Source: a virus (lineage: Duplodnaviria > Caudoviricetes). Taken from it: a DNA stretch of 64,000 nt. This document shows, piece by piece, positions 9,265 through 19,200 of this stretch (positions are counted from its first letter, which is position 1; each line of letters starts with the position of its first letter). The notes beneath the pieces are model-generated. The model saw only the letters and a list, made by a program, of their open reading frames with translations, was not told the DNA's origin and did no database searches. Both the position numbers and the translations under genes were made by a program. The stretch lies in IMG/VR virus record IMGVR_UViG_3300031998_000083, positions 556 through 64,555 of that record; one strand, written 5' to 3'.

Positions 9265-9727
9265 ACTCCACCATGCTTGCCGTTTTCCTTGCCGCTGCCC
9301 TGCGGATCGTGTCTACCTTCACGCGCTTCACCGTCTTCTCGCGCCATATCTGCCCCATGCGGTCCGTGTCGATGTAGAACCGCGGGGCAGGCTCCTGAAT
9401 GGCATGGCGTACCAGCTCATAGAGCGAGCTGTACCAGAACTTCTCGGTCTGCTTCAGCCTCAGCACGGTGTCGAGCAGGTCGTAGTACATCTGCTGCATC
9501 AGCGGACTCATCTTCTCCAGCCTGCTGTGGTCGCCTCGGGTCATCGGCGATATCACCTGCAGCGCCCATCGGGCGTCGATATAGTATCTCGGTGCCTGGT
9601 GCTTGACGGTCAGCTCGTAGGCCTCCGTCTGTGTCCGGCAGCTGTACTGCCCCACGATCTCACGGTACACCCGCATGAGGTCGTTCTTCATCTCCTCCTT
9701 GTGGTTTGTCTTGCATTTCATTGTCAC
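9251..9727 (-). CDS. Conserved phage protein with duplicated (P)APR(Y/F)YID motif
   Basis: Internal duplication QAPRYYID / PAPRFYID; overlaps the rhomboid start; SD-like AAGGAGG before two candidate ATGs. Confidence 0.7.
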   Translation of the reverse strand: MTMKCKTNHKEEMKNDLMRVYREIVGQYSCRTQTEAYELTVKHQAPRYYIDARWALQVISPMTRGDHSRLEKMSPLMQQMYYDLLDTVLRLKQTEKFWYSSLYELVRHAIQEPAPRFYIDTDRMGQIWREKTVKRVKVDTIRRAAARKTASMVEYETA

Positions 9728-9743
9728 CTCCTTGTTATTGTTG

Positions 9744-12536
9744 TTATCTCATGTTGTCCCCTCTCCGCTCCTGGCTTGTAATGATCGTACCACTCAGCCG
9801 CTCCGTCGGCAGCATCTTGATATAGAGCGCCAGCCTGTAGTAGCGTGCGGCAGCACCGAAGCGCGACTCGTCCCTATACCATTTCCGCAGGTCGCTGGAT
9901 ACATACACTTGTGTCTTTACGCAACTCAGATTGTTACCATTGTTATCCTTCTCCTGCCACATGCCAACGTTCATCAGTTCCCGTAGAGACGCCTGGCTCA
10001 CAGGGCCTGCAAGCTTTAACGGGCGTGTCAGAACAAATGCCAGCTGACGGTTTCCGACCTCATCCTCGCGCAACTTCTCATAGAGTGAGAATACCTTTCT
10101 TACAGTCACTGTCTGAGGTTCCTCTCCTTCCTCTTGTATTATCTCAGTGGTATCACCCTGCAGAAAATAGTCCGGATAGTTGTTGACGGCATTCTTTATT
10201 GTTGCTGGCAGCACAGTCTTTGATATAGTCCCGTCCTGGATATTGTAGACAAAGGCAAAATCGTACAGGCTGTTATCAACCATGATGATTCGTTGGTCAA
10301 TATAGTCGTAAGCCATGACCAAGCCGTTTGAGCTTATGTATTTGAGGAAGTTCTCATCATCATAGCACGATCCTACTACGCCAGACCAGTCTGTGCCAGT
10401 TGTCAAGTTTGGCAACTTTTCCTTATAATCAAATATTGGACCGTTCATCTGCGCGCTCACACACTTCACGCTCTCACCGACAAGTACCATCAGGCCTTTC
10501 TTTGATACGAAGTATATGGCTCCGTCTGTCTCGATGATCGATGACGGGTTAATACACACTTCGCGCGAAAGCTCGTCAGACCGCTGATATACACCCTCGT
10601 TATCCAGTCGCAATGTGGAGATGCCCCTCTCCGAGAACACGACCAGCGGGTGTATGCCGTGTTCCTCCTGTCCGAGTGCCACCGTCTGCGAAGCCATGCC
10701 GAGGATCCTGCCCCTGCCAACCGTCACATGGCCTTTGGCCGTAAACACCCAGGGATTGTCAACCTCGCTGACGATTATCTTTCCCTCCAGCAGTTCAGGC
10801 GTGTTGTTCAGTGTCGGTGCTGTCGCCACGACACCGCTCGGCCATGCGCCGTAGGAGTCGGGCAGGTGGCCGAAGTAATAGGCACCGTTCAGATACGGGT
10901 GTTCCTTCAGTGCAAGCGTGTATATCCTGTTGGTTCCCACAAACACCTCTGCCTTGAATGCCCTCGGGTCGGGATAGTAAAACCAAATGTCGCCTATCTC
11001 ATACGAAGAGCCGTCCGTCACCGACACCACCTTTGTGCCGTCCTCCGTCCTGATGTGAACGTAGAATTTCCTGTTCTGGCTGTCGGTATGTGCCGTGTAT
11101 GAGAATTTCCCGAAGCCCCAGAAGATGCTGCGCTTCACGTCGGCCAGGTGAAGGCGGTTGTTGTATGCCTTGATCACCTGTGGCCTCATGTAGGAGTTAG
11201 AGAAGTAGTCGTCGTTCTTCAGCGTCTGGTTGTTCACGAGATTCTTCAGCGCTCCGCGGTCTATCTTGCTTGTGGCGTCCTTCTGTGAGGTGTCAAGCAT
11301 CTCGTTGAAGTCCAGCTCGATGATCTTATAGAACACCGATTTCTCCAGCAGCCTGTGTGTCATCTCCCCCTCACTCAGCAGCGACGGCTGGTAGAAGGTC
11401 TGCCAGGTATTTGCATCGTTATCTACGAATGCGGGCATGCTGGCCAGCACGCCATATTGCGGCATGCATGCGTCCACGGTGCCAAGCGTCGTCGTCATGC
11501 TGTTGGGCCTGACGCAGTTGTTGATGATATTCCAGCCGCCGTTCAGATCGAAGCTCTTCACCTCCTCCGAGACGAATATATCCACTCCGCTGATGATGTC
11601 CTCCCAGTCCGAGAGGTCCTGTGCCCCGTAGTTTGTGCTGTAATACAGCTTGGCACAGTAGGGCCGGTAGGCCGTTATCCAGTAGCCGCCAGCGTCACCG
11701 TCTATCACCTTCGGGCCGTCCGTCTCAGGATCATAGGCAAAGATGTGCCAGTTGTTCAGCACCGTCGGCAGCAGAAGGAAGGGATTCGAGATTCGCGCAT
11801 GGGTTCCGTCGTAGAGCCTGACGGCAGACCGCGCCCAGAACGGGAAGGCAAACCGCTTCTTCTCCTTCACCCAGTCCAGCTGCGCCGACACGATGCCGAC
11901 AAGCGCATCCTTTCCTATCTCGTAGCCGCTATCCCACTTCCTGTCGTTCTCTGTGTCTTCGCTACCCCATACGTTGCCGGCATATTCATCTATATAGCCA
12001 GGACGTGGTATTTTAAGCAATATCTCACCGTGCATGCCAGGCACACGTCCGTACTTGTTCGGGTTTGCGTCCGTACCGCTCAGATAGCCGAAGTCACCGA
12101 GTGAGAAATCGACTCTGATGTCAGGGATCTCAGCCCCGAGGTAATTGTATGTTCCTCCCTTCCAGAGGAAATATCCCATGCCTGACGAAGAGGCCACGAT
12201 CAGCGTGTTGCCAATCGACTGTATCTGCAACGTCGCCGCATTGACGGCCATCATGTGGTTGTAGGCTGCTTCGGAGCTTGTGTCAAGCGTCCAGTAGAGC
12301 GTCGAGTTGGTGACCTTCCTCAGAATGTACCGCGTCGTATCGTTGTGGCTGTGAACATACACCAGCAGATACCCGCTTACCACCGTCATCTTCTCCTTCG
12401 GCTGCACTATCGGCTTCAGCTCCTGGTTGTCGGTGGTCAGGTTGATGCACTCTGCCAGCTCTCCGTCCTTGCAGAGGAAGTCACTCGGCGTCCTGGTGAT
12501 TCCTGCCTGATAGGTGATACGCTTCTCCTCGTTCAT
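9744..12536 (-). CDS. Tail tubular B / nozzle (stabilisation) protein
   Basis: ~930 aa, beta-rich; start 'GITRTPSD...DGEL.ECINL', YNNRLHLA, GRILGM, EVCINP patterns resemble P22 gp10/T7 gp12-like proteins. Confidence 0.7.
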   Translation of the reverse strand: MNEEKRITYQAGITRTPSDFLCKDGELAECINLTTDNQELKPIVQPKEKMTVVSGYLLVYVHSHNDTTRYILRKVTNSTLYWTLDTSSEAAYNHMMAVNAATLQIQSIGNTLIVASSSGMGYFLWKGGTYNYLGAEIPDIRVDFSLGDFGYLSGTDANPNKYGRVPGMHGEILLKIPRPGYIDEYAGNVWGSEDTENDRKWDSGYEIGKDALVGIVSAQLDWVKEKKRFAFPFWARSAVRLYDGTHARISNPFLLLPTVLNNWHIFAYDPETDGPKVIDGDAGGYWITAYRPYCAKLYYSTNYGAQDLSDWEDIISGVDIFVSEEVKSFDLNGGWNIINNCVRPNSMTTTLGTVDACMPQYGVLASMPAFVDNDANTWQTFYQPSLLSEGEMTHRLLEKSVFYKIIELDFNEMLDTSQKDATSKIDRGALKNLVNNQTLKNDDYFSNSYMRPQVIKAYNNRLHLADVKRSIFWGFGKFSYTAHTDSQNRKFYVHIRTEDGTKVVSVTDGSSYEIGDIWFYYPDPRAFKAEVFVGTNRIYTLALKEHPYLNGAYYFGHLPDSYGAWPSGVVATAPTLNNTPELLEGKIIVSEVDNPWVFTAKGHVTVGRGRILGMASQTVALGQEEHGIHPLVVFSERGISTLRLDNEGVYQRSDELSREVCINPSSIIETDGAIYFVSKKGLMVLVGESVKCVSAQMNGPIFDYKEKLPNLTTGTDWSGVVGSCYDDENFLKYISSNGLVMAYDYIDQRIIMVDNSLYDFAFVYNIQDGTISKTVLPATIKNAVNNYPDYFLQGDTTEIIQEEGEEPQTVTVRKVFSLYEKLREDEVGNRQLAFVLTRPLKLAGPVSQASLRELMNVGMWQEKDNNGNNLSCVKTQVYVSSDLRKWYRDESRFGAAARYYRLALYIKMLPTERLSGTIITSQERRGDNMR

Positions 12537-12560
12537 AGAAATAATAGTTTTATCTGGCGG

Positions 12561-12568
12561 CAAAGATA
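12561..12568 (-). promoter_or_regulatory. Bacteroidota -7 promoter element for the nozzle-rhomboid-terL operon
   Basis: TATCTTTG on the minus strand; only ATTAT of the late upstream box is present at the N18 position. Confidence 0.6.
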
Positions 12569-12747
12569 ACCATTAAAACAACACAATTATGTTAATAATC
12601 TATAAACATAGGAATTATCCGCACTTATCTGCACCAGTGGCTACCACTGCCGACGGCTGCCAATGTTGGCGGTTCCGGATGCCGTAACTTTGCACTCGGT
12701 TAGGGAAACGCCCTTTCCGCTATTTATTCACTTAACACAAAAACATT

Positions 12748-13245
12748 ATGGCACAGAAATTCAGAAAGATCCAGAACACCAACGACGAGTCGACAGCCTA
12801 CGGCAAATGGTTTGCCACGGCCGTCTACGACCAGAAATTCATCACCACCGCCGAGCTGGCCCACTACATCCAGGACCAGTGTTCGCTGAAGGAGAGCGAC
12901 ATCAAGGCTGCTCTCGACGAGCTTGGCAAGGCCATGAAGCACTACTTCCAGATGGGACAGAAGGTAAAGCTCGAGGGCATCGGCATCTTCAAGGTGGGCT
13001 TCTCCAGCATCGGCGCTGCCACCAAGGACGACTGCGGAGCCAACTCCATCACCACCCGCCGAGTGATCTTCACGCCCGAGACCGAGCGTATCGTGGTCGG
13101 CCAGAACATCAACAAGAAGGGCAAGATCAAGCAGAAGTACGTCATCGCCAAGACGCTCGTCAAGGACGTGGACTTCGAAGAGACCTTCGACACCAGTCTC
13201 AAACCCGATACCGATCCCGCCGGAGGCGAGGGAGGCAACGGCTGA
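12748..13245 (+). CDS. HU/IHF-like DNA-binding protein (long Bacteroidota type)
   Basis: 'ITTAELAHYI...SLKESDIKAAL...GQKVKLEGIGIFKVGF...RRVIFTP'; own TAACTTTG promoter near 12685. Confidence 0.85.
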   Translation: MAQKFRKIQNTNDESTAYGKWFATAVYDQKFITTAELAHYIQDQCSLKESDIKAALDELGKAMKHYFQMGQKVKLEGIGIFKVGFSSIGAATKDDCGANSITTRRVIFTPETERIVVGQNINKKGKIKQKYVIAKTLVKDVDFEETFDTSLKPDTDPAGGEGGNG

Positions 13246-13338
13246 TCATCGCAATATTGAAACTTCACGATGAGGATCTGCAGCGGCAGGTCCTCTTTTT
13301 TGTGCGCCATTAAGATATCTGTAACGGGTCGTTCTGCC

Positions 13339-13426
13339 TATCGGAACACCTCGTTTCCCTTATCGGAACAACCCGTTCCAGGCATTGGAACAACCCGCTA
13401 CAGGCATTGAAACACGACGAAGCTGG
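13339..13426. repeat. Degenerate 22-bp tandem repeat x4
   Basis: Units start at 13339, 13361, 13383 and 13405 (tatcggaaca.../cattggaaca...). Confidence 0.7.
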
Positions 13427-13433
13427 AATTTTC

Positions 13434-13652
13434 TTACGGCTCCCCGAGATAATCCACGATTACCGCCACCTGAGCGGCAGGATAGTGCTTGTCGTTGACG
13501 TTGTAGTTGGGAAACTTCCTCAGTTCGCCCATCAGATCCCTGCACCGGCGCACGTCTCGACGGAACAGCTCCACCGCCGACTCGTCCCTCGGCGTGTCCG
13601 GCCAGTATTTACGGGCCAGCTCCAGTTTGGTATAACTCCTGATCTCAAACAT
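13434..13652 (-). CDS. DUF4248-family protein
   Basis: 'FEIRSYTKLELARKYWP...Y...QVAVIVDYLGEP' family pattern. Confidence 0.8.
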   Translation of the reverse strand: MFEIRSYTKLELARKYWPDTPRDESAVELFRRDVRRCRDLMGELRKFPNYNVNDKHYPAAQVAVIVDYLGEP

Positions 13653-13791
13653 AACTTATTAGATTTTCGTTTGTGGCACTATTGCCAGGGCAAAGGTACG
13701 ACGTAAAAAGGCCGTCAGCGCGTGTTTTTGCCCGTTGTTTACGGTTATATCTGACTGATTGCCGAAAATTCTTACTACCTTTGCATCCGCT

Positions 13792-14016
13792 ATGCGAAAA
13801 ATACAATTCACCATTCGACAATACGGACGCACGGAGCTGGCACAGCTCTACTGTCCCGACATCCAGCCGGAATCGGCCTGGGTGAAGCTGAAGCTTTGGA
13901 TCAGCCAGCATCCAGGCCTCAACGGCCACCTTCACGCCCTCGGCTACGACGGCCGTTCACGCTCCTTCACACCCGCACAGGTCAGGGCTATCACCGACGC
14001 CCTGGGCGAGCCGTAA
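13792..14016 (+). CDS. DUF4248-family protein (second, divergent copy)
   Basis: 'FTIRQYGRTELAQLYCP...RSFTPAQVRAITDALGEP'; TACCTTTG at 13776-13783. Confidence 0.8.
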   Translation: MRKIQFTIRQYGRTELAQLYCPDIQPESAWVKLKLWISQHPGLNGHLHALGYDGRSRSFTPAQVRAITDALGEP

Positions 14017-14031
14017 AGAAATGGCTGTTAT

Positions 14032-14391
14032 TTAGTAAATACGGAAGATGGAAGAAATCAGAAGAGCAAGTAAGAACAAAGCAGCAAAGCCAATAATCAG
14101 CTTTAGAAAGATGAAAAAAGCTTTGGCCGGTTTGTTTATGCAATAACACACTAAACGTATGATAATAGAAGGAAGCATAAAAACCAGCATCATGGGCCAT
14201 CCCAATATACATGCTGCCAACAACATCGACACAACAAATAGAAAATTAAAGCCTGACGAAACAGTTACTGGTATTACGATGGATAAATAAATAATGACTG
14301 ATCCTATACAATAAAACCATTTATCGTGTTCTTTCAGATAGCCAATGTAACTATCTGCAAATTTATCCAACTTATCAATAACACTACCCAT
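14032..14391 (-). CDS. AT-rich small membrane protein (moron)
   Basis: 119 aa, 2-3 hydrophobic helices, low GC, own TATCTTTG (14418-14411). Confidence 0.7.
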   Translation of the reverse strand: MGSVIDKLDKFADSYIGYLKEHDKWFYCIGSVIIYLSIVIPVTVSSGFNFLFVVSMLLAACILGWPMMLVFMLPSIIIRLVCYCINKPAKAFFIFLKLIIGFAALFLLALLISSIFRIY

Positions 14392-14469
14392 AAAGCACTA
14401 ATATACGCGACAAAGATAGAGAATATTTTAATGAAAAACAAGAAAAACAAGAAATATTTCGCAAAAAGC

Positions 14470-14500
14470 TTGCAAGTTTCAGATAATTGTTGTATATTTG
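14470..14500 (+). promoter_or_regulatory. Promoter of the antirepressor operon
   Basis: TTG (14470-72), 20-nt gap, TATATTTG (14493-14500). Confidence 0.8.
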
Positions 14501-14622
14501 CACCGTCCAAAATTTATTTAGCAACAAAGCAGAGGTTAGAGATCTGCTGTGCGTGACGCATAGCTTTTTTCATATATACCTCCTTTGAATGAATGTACAA
14601 GTTTATTGTATAACCATTCCGT

Positions 14623-14696
14623 GCAGTAGTGTGTGGTAGCGGCGCAACGCCCACAAAGGCTCTTAGCTTTGTTGCAGCCTTGGACAACACTGATGC
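14623..14696 (+). ncRNA. C4/CI-like antisense RNA
   Basis: Closing stem GCAGTAGTGT/ACACTGATGC; internal GCTTTGTTGC and TTGGACAA are complementary to sites both upstream and downstream. Confidence 0.65.
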
Positions 14697-14718
14697 GCGG
14701 ATATTTTCATTTGTCCGA

Positions 14719-14955
14719 ATGAAAGCAACAAAACAAACATGCAGCGTCCAGCTCTCGCTTTTCCCCTGTCAGGGATCCAGCGTAAATGACGCAAAGAACG
14801 GCAGCACTCCCGTTGCCAAGTTGTCCACCTATTTAAAGACCCGCGAGGCCCTATGGAGGCTTATTGCATCTTATCCCAAGGGAATGCCCGTTGAAGATGC
14901 GATCCGTCGCGCCCGTGTCGACTTCACCAAGCCCAGAAAGGAGGCAGCCGTATGA
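14719..14955 (+). CDS. First ORF of the antirepressor operon (icd/kil position), 78 aa
   Basis: ATG flanked by the two antisense target boxes; stop overlaps the next ATG. Confidence 0.6.
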   Translation: MKATKQTCSVQLSLFPCQGSSVNDAKNGSTPVAKLSTYLKTREALWRLIASYPKGMPVEDAIRRARVDFTKPRKEAAV

Positions 14956-15179
14956 CTATCCAATCACTCAGAGAGGGTCTTGCGCTGATGGGCGCAACCT
15001 TCAGCGTCACGGAAAACTCTTTCTATTTTGAATTAAAAGGCGTAACCGTACTGATCGATCGGAGCCTTTCAGAGAAAGAAATGGAGGCAGCATTCTTCTT
15101 GCTGAAGCTCAACGTCCCAACATGGTTTGGTCTGGCCAAAGAGGCTATTAAGAAAGAGAAAGGAGGCGACAATGGCTAA
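14952..15179 (+). CDS. Small hypothetical protein
   Basis: AAAGGAGG at 14937-14944; ATGA coupling with the previous ORF. Confidence 0.7.
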   Translation: MTIQSLREGLALMGATFSVTENSFYFELKGVTVLIDRSLSEKEMEAAFFLLKLNVPTWFGLAKEAIKKEKGGDNG

Positions 15180-15300
15180 GATCGTACCGCTCTACTCCCC
15201 CAGGGAGACATATATGCGCCATATCGCGCGCGCGAACAATAGTATATTATATAAGGTAATCAATGAAATCCAAAATCAGAATAACAATGAACAACAATAA
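15172..15300 (+). CDS. 42-aa ORF (MAKIVPLYSP...), not in the ORF track
   Basis: AAAGGAGG at 15159-15166, ATG 15172, TAA 15298-15300, overlaps the antirepressor start. Confidence 0.5.
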   Translation: MAKIVPLYSPRETYMRHIARANNSILYKVINEIQNQNNNEQQ

Positions 15301-16168
15301 TATTAACCAGATCACAGACCAGCAGACGATGACATCCATGGACATCGCAGAGATCACTGGCAAGAACCATTTCGACGTGCTGAAGGCTATCCGGAAGATG
15401 GAGCCTGCATGGGAGAAAGTCACAGCAAGCAAATTTACTTGCCGTAAGAGAATCAATGAGTTAGCAAACGGATTTAAGAAAGAAATCCCTTACTTTGTAC
15501 TCACCAAGACCGAGTGCCTTTTCGTCGCCACCAAGTTCAATGATGAGGCCCGTGCCAAGCTTGTACTCCGCTGGGAGCAGTTAGAGAAGGAGCGTATCGC
15601 CCAACCTCAGCCTTCAACGTTCAATGTTCAACGTTCAATGTCGGGCGAAAGCACCCTCCCCGTCGATCCCCGTAACATGTCGCGCCTGCAGATCCTCCAG
15701 CTGGCCCTTGCCGCTGAGGAGGAGAACCAGCGCCTTCAGCAGCATGTGAGCGACCTCGAGGCCGACAACTACGGCATGATGATCGACCTCGGCCAGAAGG
15801 ATCAGCAGATCTACGAGCTTCAGGAGCGCACACGCTACCTCGATGCCATCATGGCCGACAGATCGACGGTCACCGCCACCCAGATAGCTCAGGACTACGG
15901 TATGGGAGCGCCCTCGTTCAATAAGCTGCTGAACGGCCTCGGCATACAGCGCAAGGTGGGTGAGCAGTGGATCCTCTACTCCGAACACCTAAACAAGGGC
16001 TATGTGGCCACCCGTATGATACCCATCCACCATGCCGGCATGCCAGACACCTACAAGCCCCTCACGTCGTGGACACAGTCCGGTCGCAGATTCCTGTACA
16101 ACAAGCTTAAGGAGCATGGCGTACTTCCCCTGGTGGAGCGCACCCAGCCGACAGCCTCAGCACAGTAA
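15287..16168 (+). CDS. Phage antirepressor: Rha-type N-terminal domain + KilAC/ANT C-terminal domain
   Basis: 'TMTSMDIAEITGKNHFDVLKAIR...ARAKLVLRWEQLE' and 'TVTATQIAQDYGM...WILY...KGY...WTQSGRRFLY'; ORF is open from 15263. Confidence 0.88.
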   Translation: MNNNNINQITDQQTMTSMDIAEITGKNHFDVLKAIRKMEPAWEKVTASKFTCRKRINELANGFKKEIPYFVLTKTECLFVATKFNDEARAKLVLRWEQLEKERIAQPQPSTFNVQRSMSGESTLPVDPRNMSRLQILQLALAAEEENQRLQQHVSDLEADNYGMMIDLGQKDQQIYELQERTRYLDAIMADRSTVTATQIAQDYGMGAPSFNKLLNGLGIQRKVGEQWILYSEHLNKGYVATRMIPIHHAGMPDTYKPLTSWTQSGRRFLYNKLKEHGVLPLVERTQPTASAQ

Positions 16169-16190
16169 CGGTTCCCCTTCATCACAAAGA

Positions 16191-16220
16191 CAGGCGGCGA
16201 TCCTCACGGACCGTCGCCTG
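16191..16220. terminator. Hairpin between the convergent antirepressor and giant genes
   Basis: CAGGCGGCG...CGTCGCCTG stem. Confidence 0.7.
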
Positions 16221-16255
16221 TAACGTTTAATTTAAAAATATTATAGAAATGAAAA

Positions 16256-19200
16256 CTATTTCTTGCTCTCTGCCCTCATCAGGATCTCCAGCGCTTCCTT
16301 GCGCCACTGACGGATATTCTTCATGATGGCCTCGTTGGCCTTCTCGTCACCGTCGGTACTGAACTGACGCTTTCCTGGAGCCAGCAAGTCAGGCTCGTTA
16401 CCCTTCTTACGGTTTCCCTTCCGGCCTGAAGGTGTGTCGTACTTACCGTTGCGGATCCAGTCGAGGCGCTTCTTGACCTCAGCCTTGGTTCTGTCGCCGG
16501 CATCGCTCTCACGGTAATCCTTCAGCTTGGCATCGAGCATCTCCTCCTCGCGGATATCCTCATACTCCATCCGCTCCTGGTACATGTGCTGATACCAGTT
16601 CTTATCGAGATCCTGCTTGGCGGTCAGGTCGGCCACTGGAGCCACACCCATACGCTGGGCTATGATCTTCGCATACTTACGCTTCTCCTCGGCACTCTCC
16701 GAACGAGCCAGGTTGTGCATCAGCTCCTTGTCGGTCAGGCGCTCCATACGCTGCTCAACAGCCTTGTCAAACTGCTGCTGGATCTTATCCATCTTCTCCT
16801 GGCGCTTGTCGTCGCCACGGAACCAGCCCATGACAGGCGCATCCTTCCAGTGCTTGTAGTTGGCATAGCGACGGGCCATCTCCTCATAGGGCAGCTTCTT
16901 GGCATCCTCCACGTTCATACCCAGCTCGTCGATATACTTGTTGCGCCAGGAACTTGTCGGGGCGTTCATCAGTCGCATGATGAAGAGGGCTATCTCCTTC
17001 GAGTTGGCCAGATCGTCGTTGCCTACATCCTTGGTGAACGGCATCCAGTCTGGATTACCGTAGTCCATACAGGCATTCCACATGTCGGTGAAGGTCTGCG
17101 GGTTCACGCCGACGGCACTCTGCATACAGATATTGAACACATCCTGAGCTGCTGCATACTTGTCGTAGCCCATCTTCTTGATCATGCCCTGTATGTCGGC
17201 CATCAGCGGCAGCGGGTTCACCTCGTAGTCGCCTCCCTGCTTCAGGGCAGCATCGATACCGGCACCCCACCCCTCTTTACGGATGGCCTTGCGCGTCTCT
17301 TCCGAGGCAGCCGTGCGGCTGATAAACTCACTGAACAGGTTGCCTGCGGCCATTCCCTCCGTAGGTCCGGCGATCATAGCCCTGACGGCAGCATCGGTCA
17401 GCATCTCCTTCTTCGTCTCGTCGTCGTCGCCCATCAGAAGGTATGGCAGGCTGGCACCGATGTTCCAGGCTGTGGTCACACCGAACATCATGTTCAGCAG
17501 ACGGGCCACGTCGTGACGGGCAGCGCGCGCATACTCCTTCTCGGCAGCCTTGCGGGCCTCAGCCTCATCAAGGTCGAACTGATCCTGCAGCTGGCGTGTC
17601 ATGAAGTTGATGCTGTCCTCTTTATAACCTTTCTGCGCCCTGTGGCTGAGGTTACGGGCAGCGTCCACCCACTGCCGGGTATAGGCCATCGAAGAGTTAC
17701 GGAACACTGACAGCATATTGGCAGCCACCGTGCGGTCTTTCTGGATCGCACTGACAAAGGCGCCCTCGCTCGATTGCTGCGTCAGGTTGTAGCCGATCTC
17801 GGCATCCTGAAGGGCGCGCTTACGGGCCACCTCGTCGGAGGCGCCGATATCCTTGTACTTCTTATAGCGAGCCTCGTAGATCGATCTGGCGCCGACGGCA
17901 CAGGTCACGCCGTCGACCAGCGCGTTGGGACTCATACCCAGACGGGTGGCCATCTGCACGACGTTGGTCTTCCACATCTTCCAGTCCGTAGGATCGTCCA
18001 TCAGACGGGTGTCGCCCACCTGGCGGCTCTTCCAGCGTTTCTTGAACACGGGCATATTCTCCATCGCCCACTTCCACGATCCGTAGGGGTTCATGCTGTT
18101 CTTCACGAAGTCGCCCAGATCGACGTCATGCAGGAAAGCTGGCGCCGACAGGATCTGCTTGAAGGCGGTATAGACGCGGAAGTTGATCTTCGCGGCCGTC
18201 ACACCCTTGGCGATATTCGAGATCGCCTTATCCACACTGCCAGGCTTGGCTTTGGGGTCGTATTTACCGGCAGCCATGCTGGCGGTGTTCTTGAATGCTT
18301 CCCATAGGGCATCTCCAGAGCCGTAGATGGTGTTCATGTTCTTCACCTTATTGCGGAAGGTGGTATAGCTCAACAGGGTGCCTATATCACGGTTCCACTC
18401 AGCCGTGGCAGCCCAGCGCTCCATGTCCTCCACATGCTCAATAATTAGACTGAGGGCATCGGTATGCAGGATATCCAGCGGAAGAGCGTTCTTTGTACGC
18501 TTGATGATATTGCCGGTAATAGTTGACGGTTTCGATTCTCTGTCTGGAACATTTACATCCTCTTCCTGATATCTTGCATCATTGATGATCCTAATAGGGA
18601 AGTAGTTGTCGATGGCAGCCATGGGCGCACCGAACATCCGTTCGTGTACCTTATTATAGGCTGTGCGCTTGCTCGGCAGATATTCATCCTGCAGCCAGTC
18701 GCCCAGCTCTTTCAGTCTGGGATCGAGGAAGTCCTTGATAGCCTCCACATTCTCCTCGTCGATTCCCATGTTACGGAGCTTCATACGTCCGTCGGCCATC
18801 TTGTCGGCCATGTAGATATAAAGCAGGTTGCCCTGGTTGAGCGTGAACGTCTTCGGGTTCTCACCGTCAAGCACCTCCACCTCCATCGTCGGGAGCCTGC
18901 GCTCCAGCTCGTAGAGGTCGCTCCAGCGCTTCACCTTGTCGCCGAACACCTCACGGGCCTTGGCATCCAGCTCTTCCTTGGCCTTCTGCTCGTTGACATA
19001 CGATCGGTCTACGGAGTCTATCCAGTTACGCATGAAGTAGTCGTACAGGTGGCCCTCGCCCTTCGCGTTACGGCCTCCGAACTGTCGGAGCATCTGCTCA
19101 AAGGTGGCCAGCGGCTGCAGGAAGAAGTTGGCAGGCTTACCCTTCTGCTTCTCCCTCATGGCGTCGGCAGGCTTGCCGGCAAGGTCGAAGTTGGCGATCT

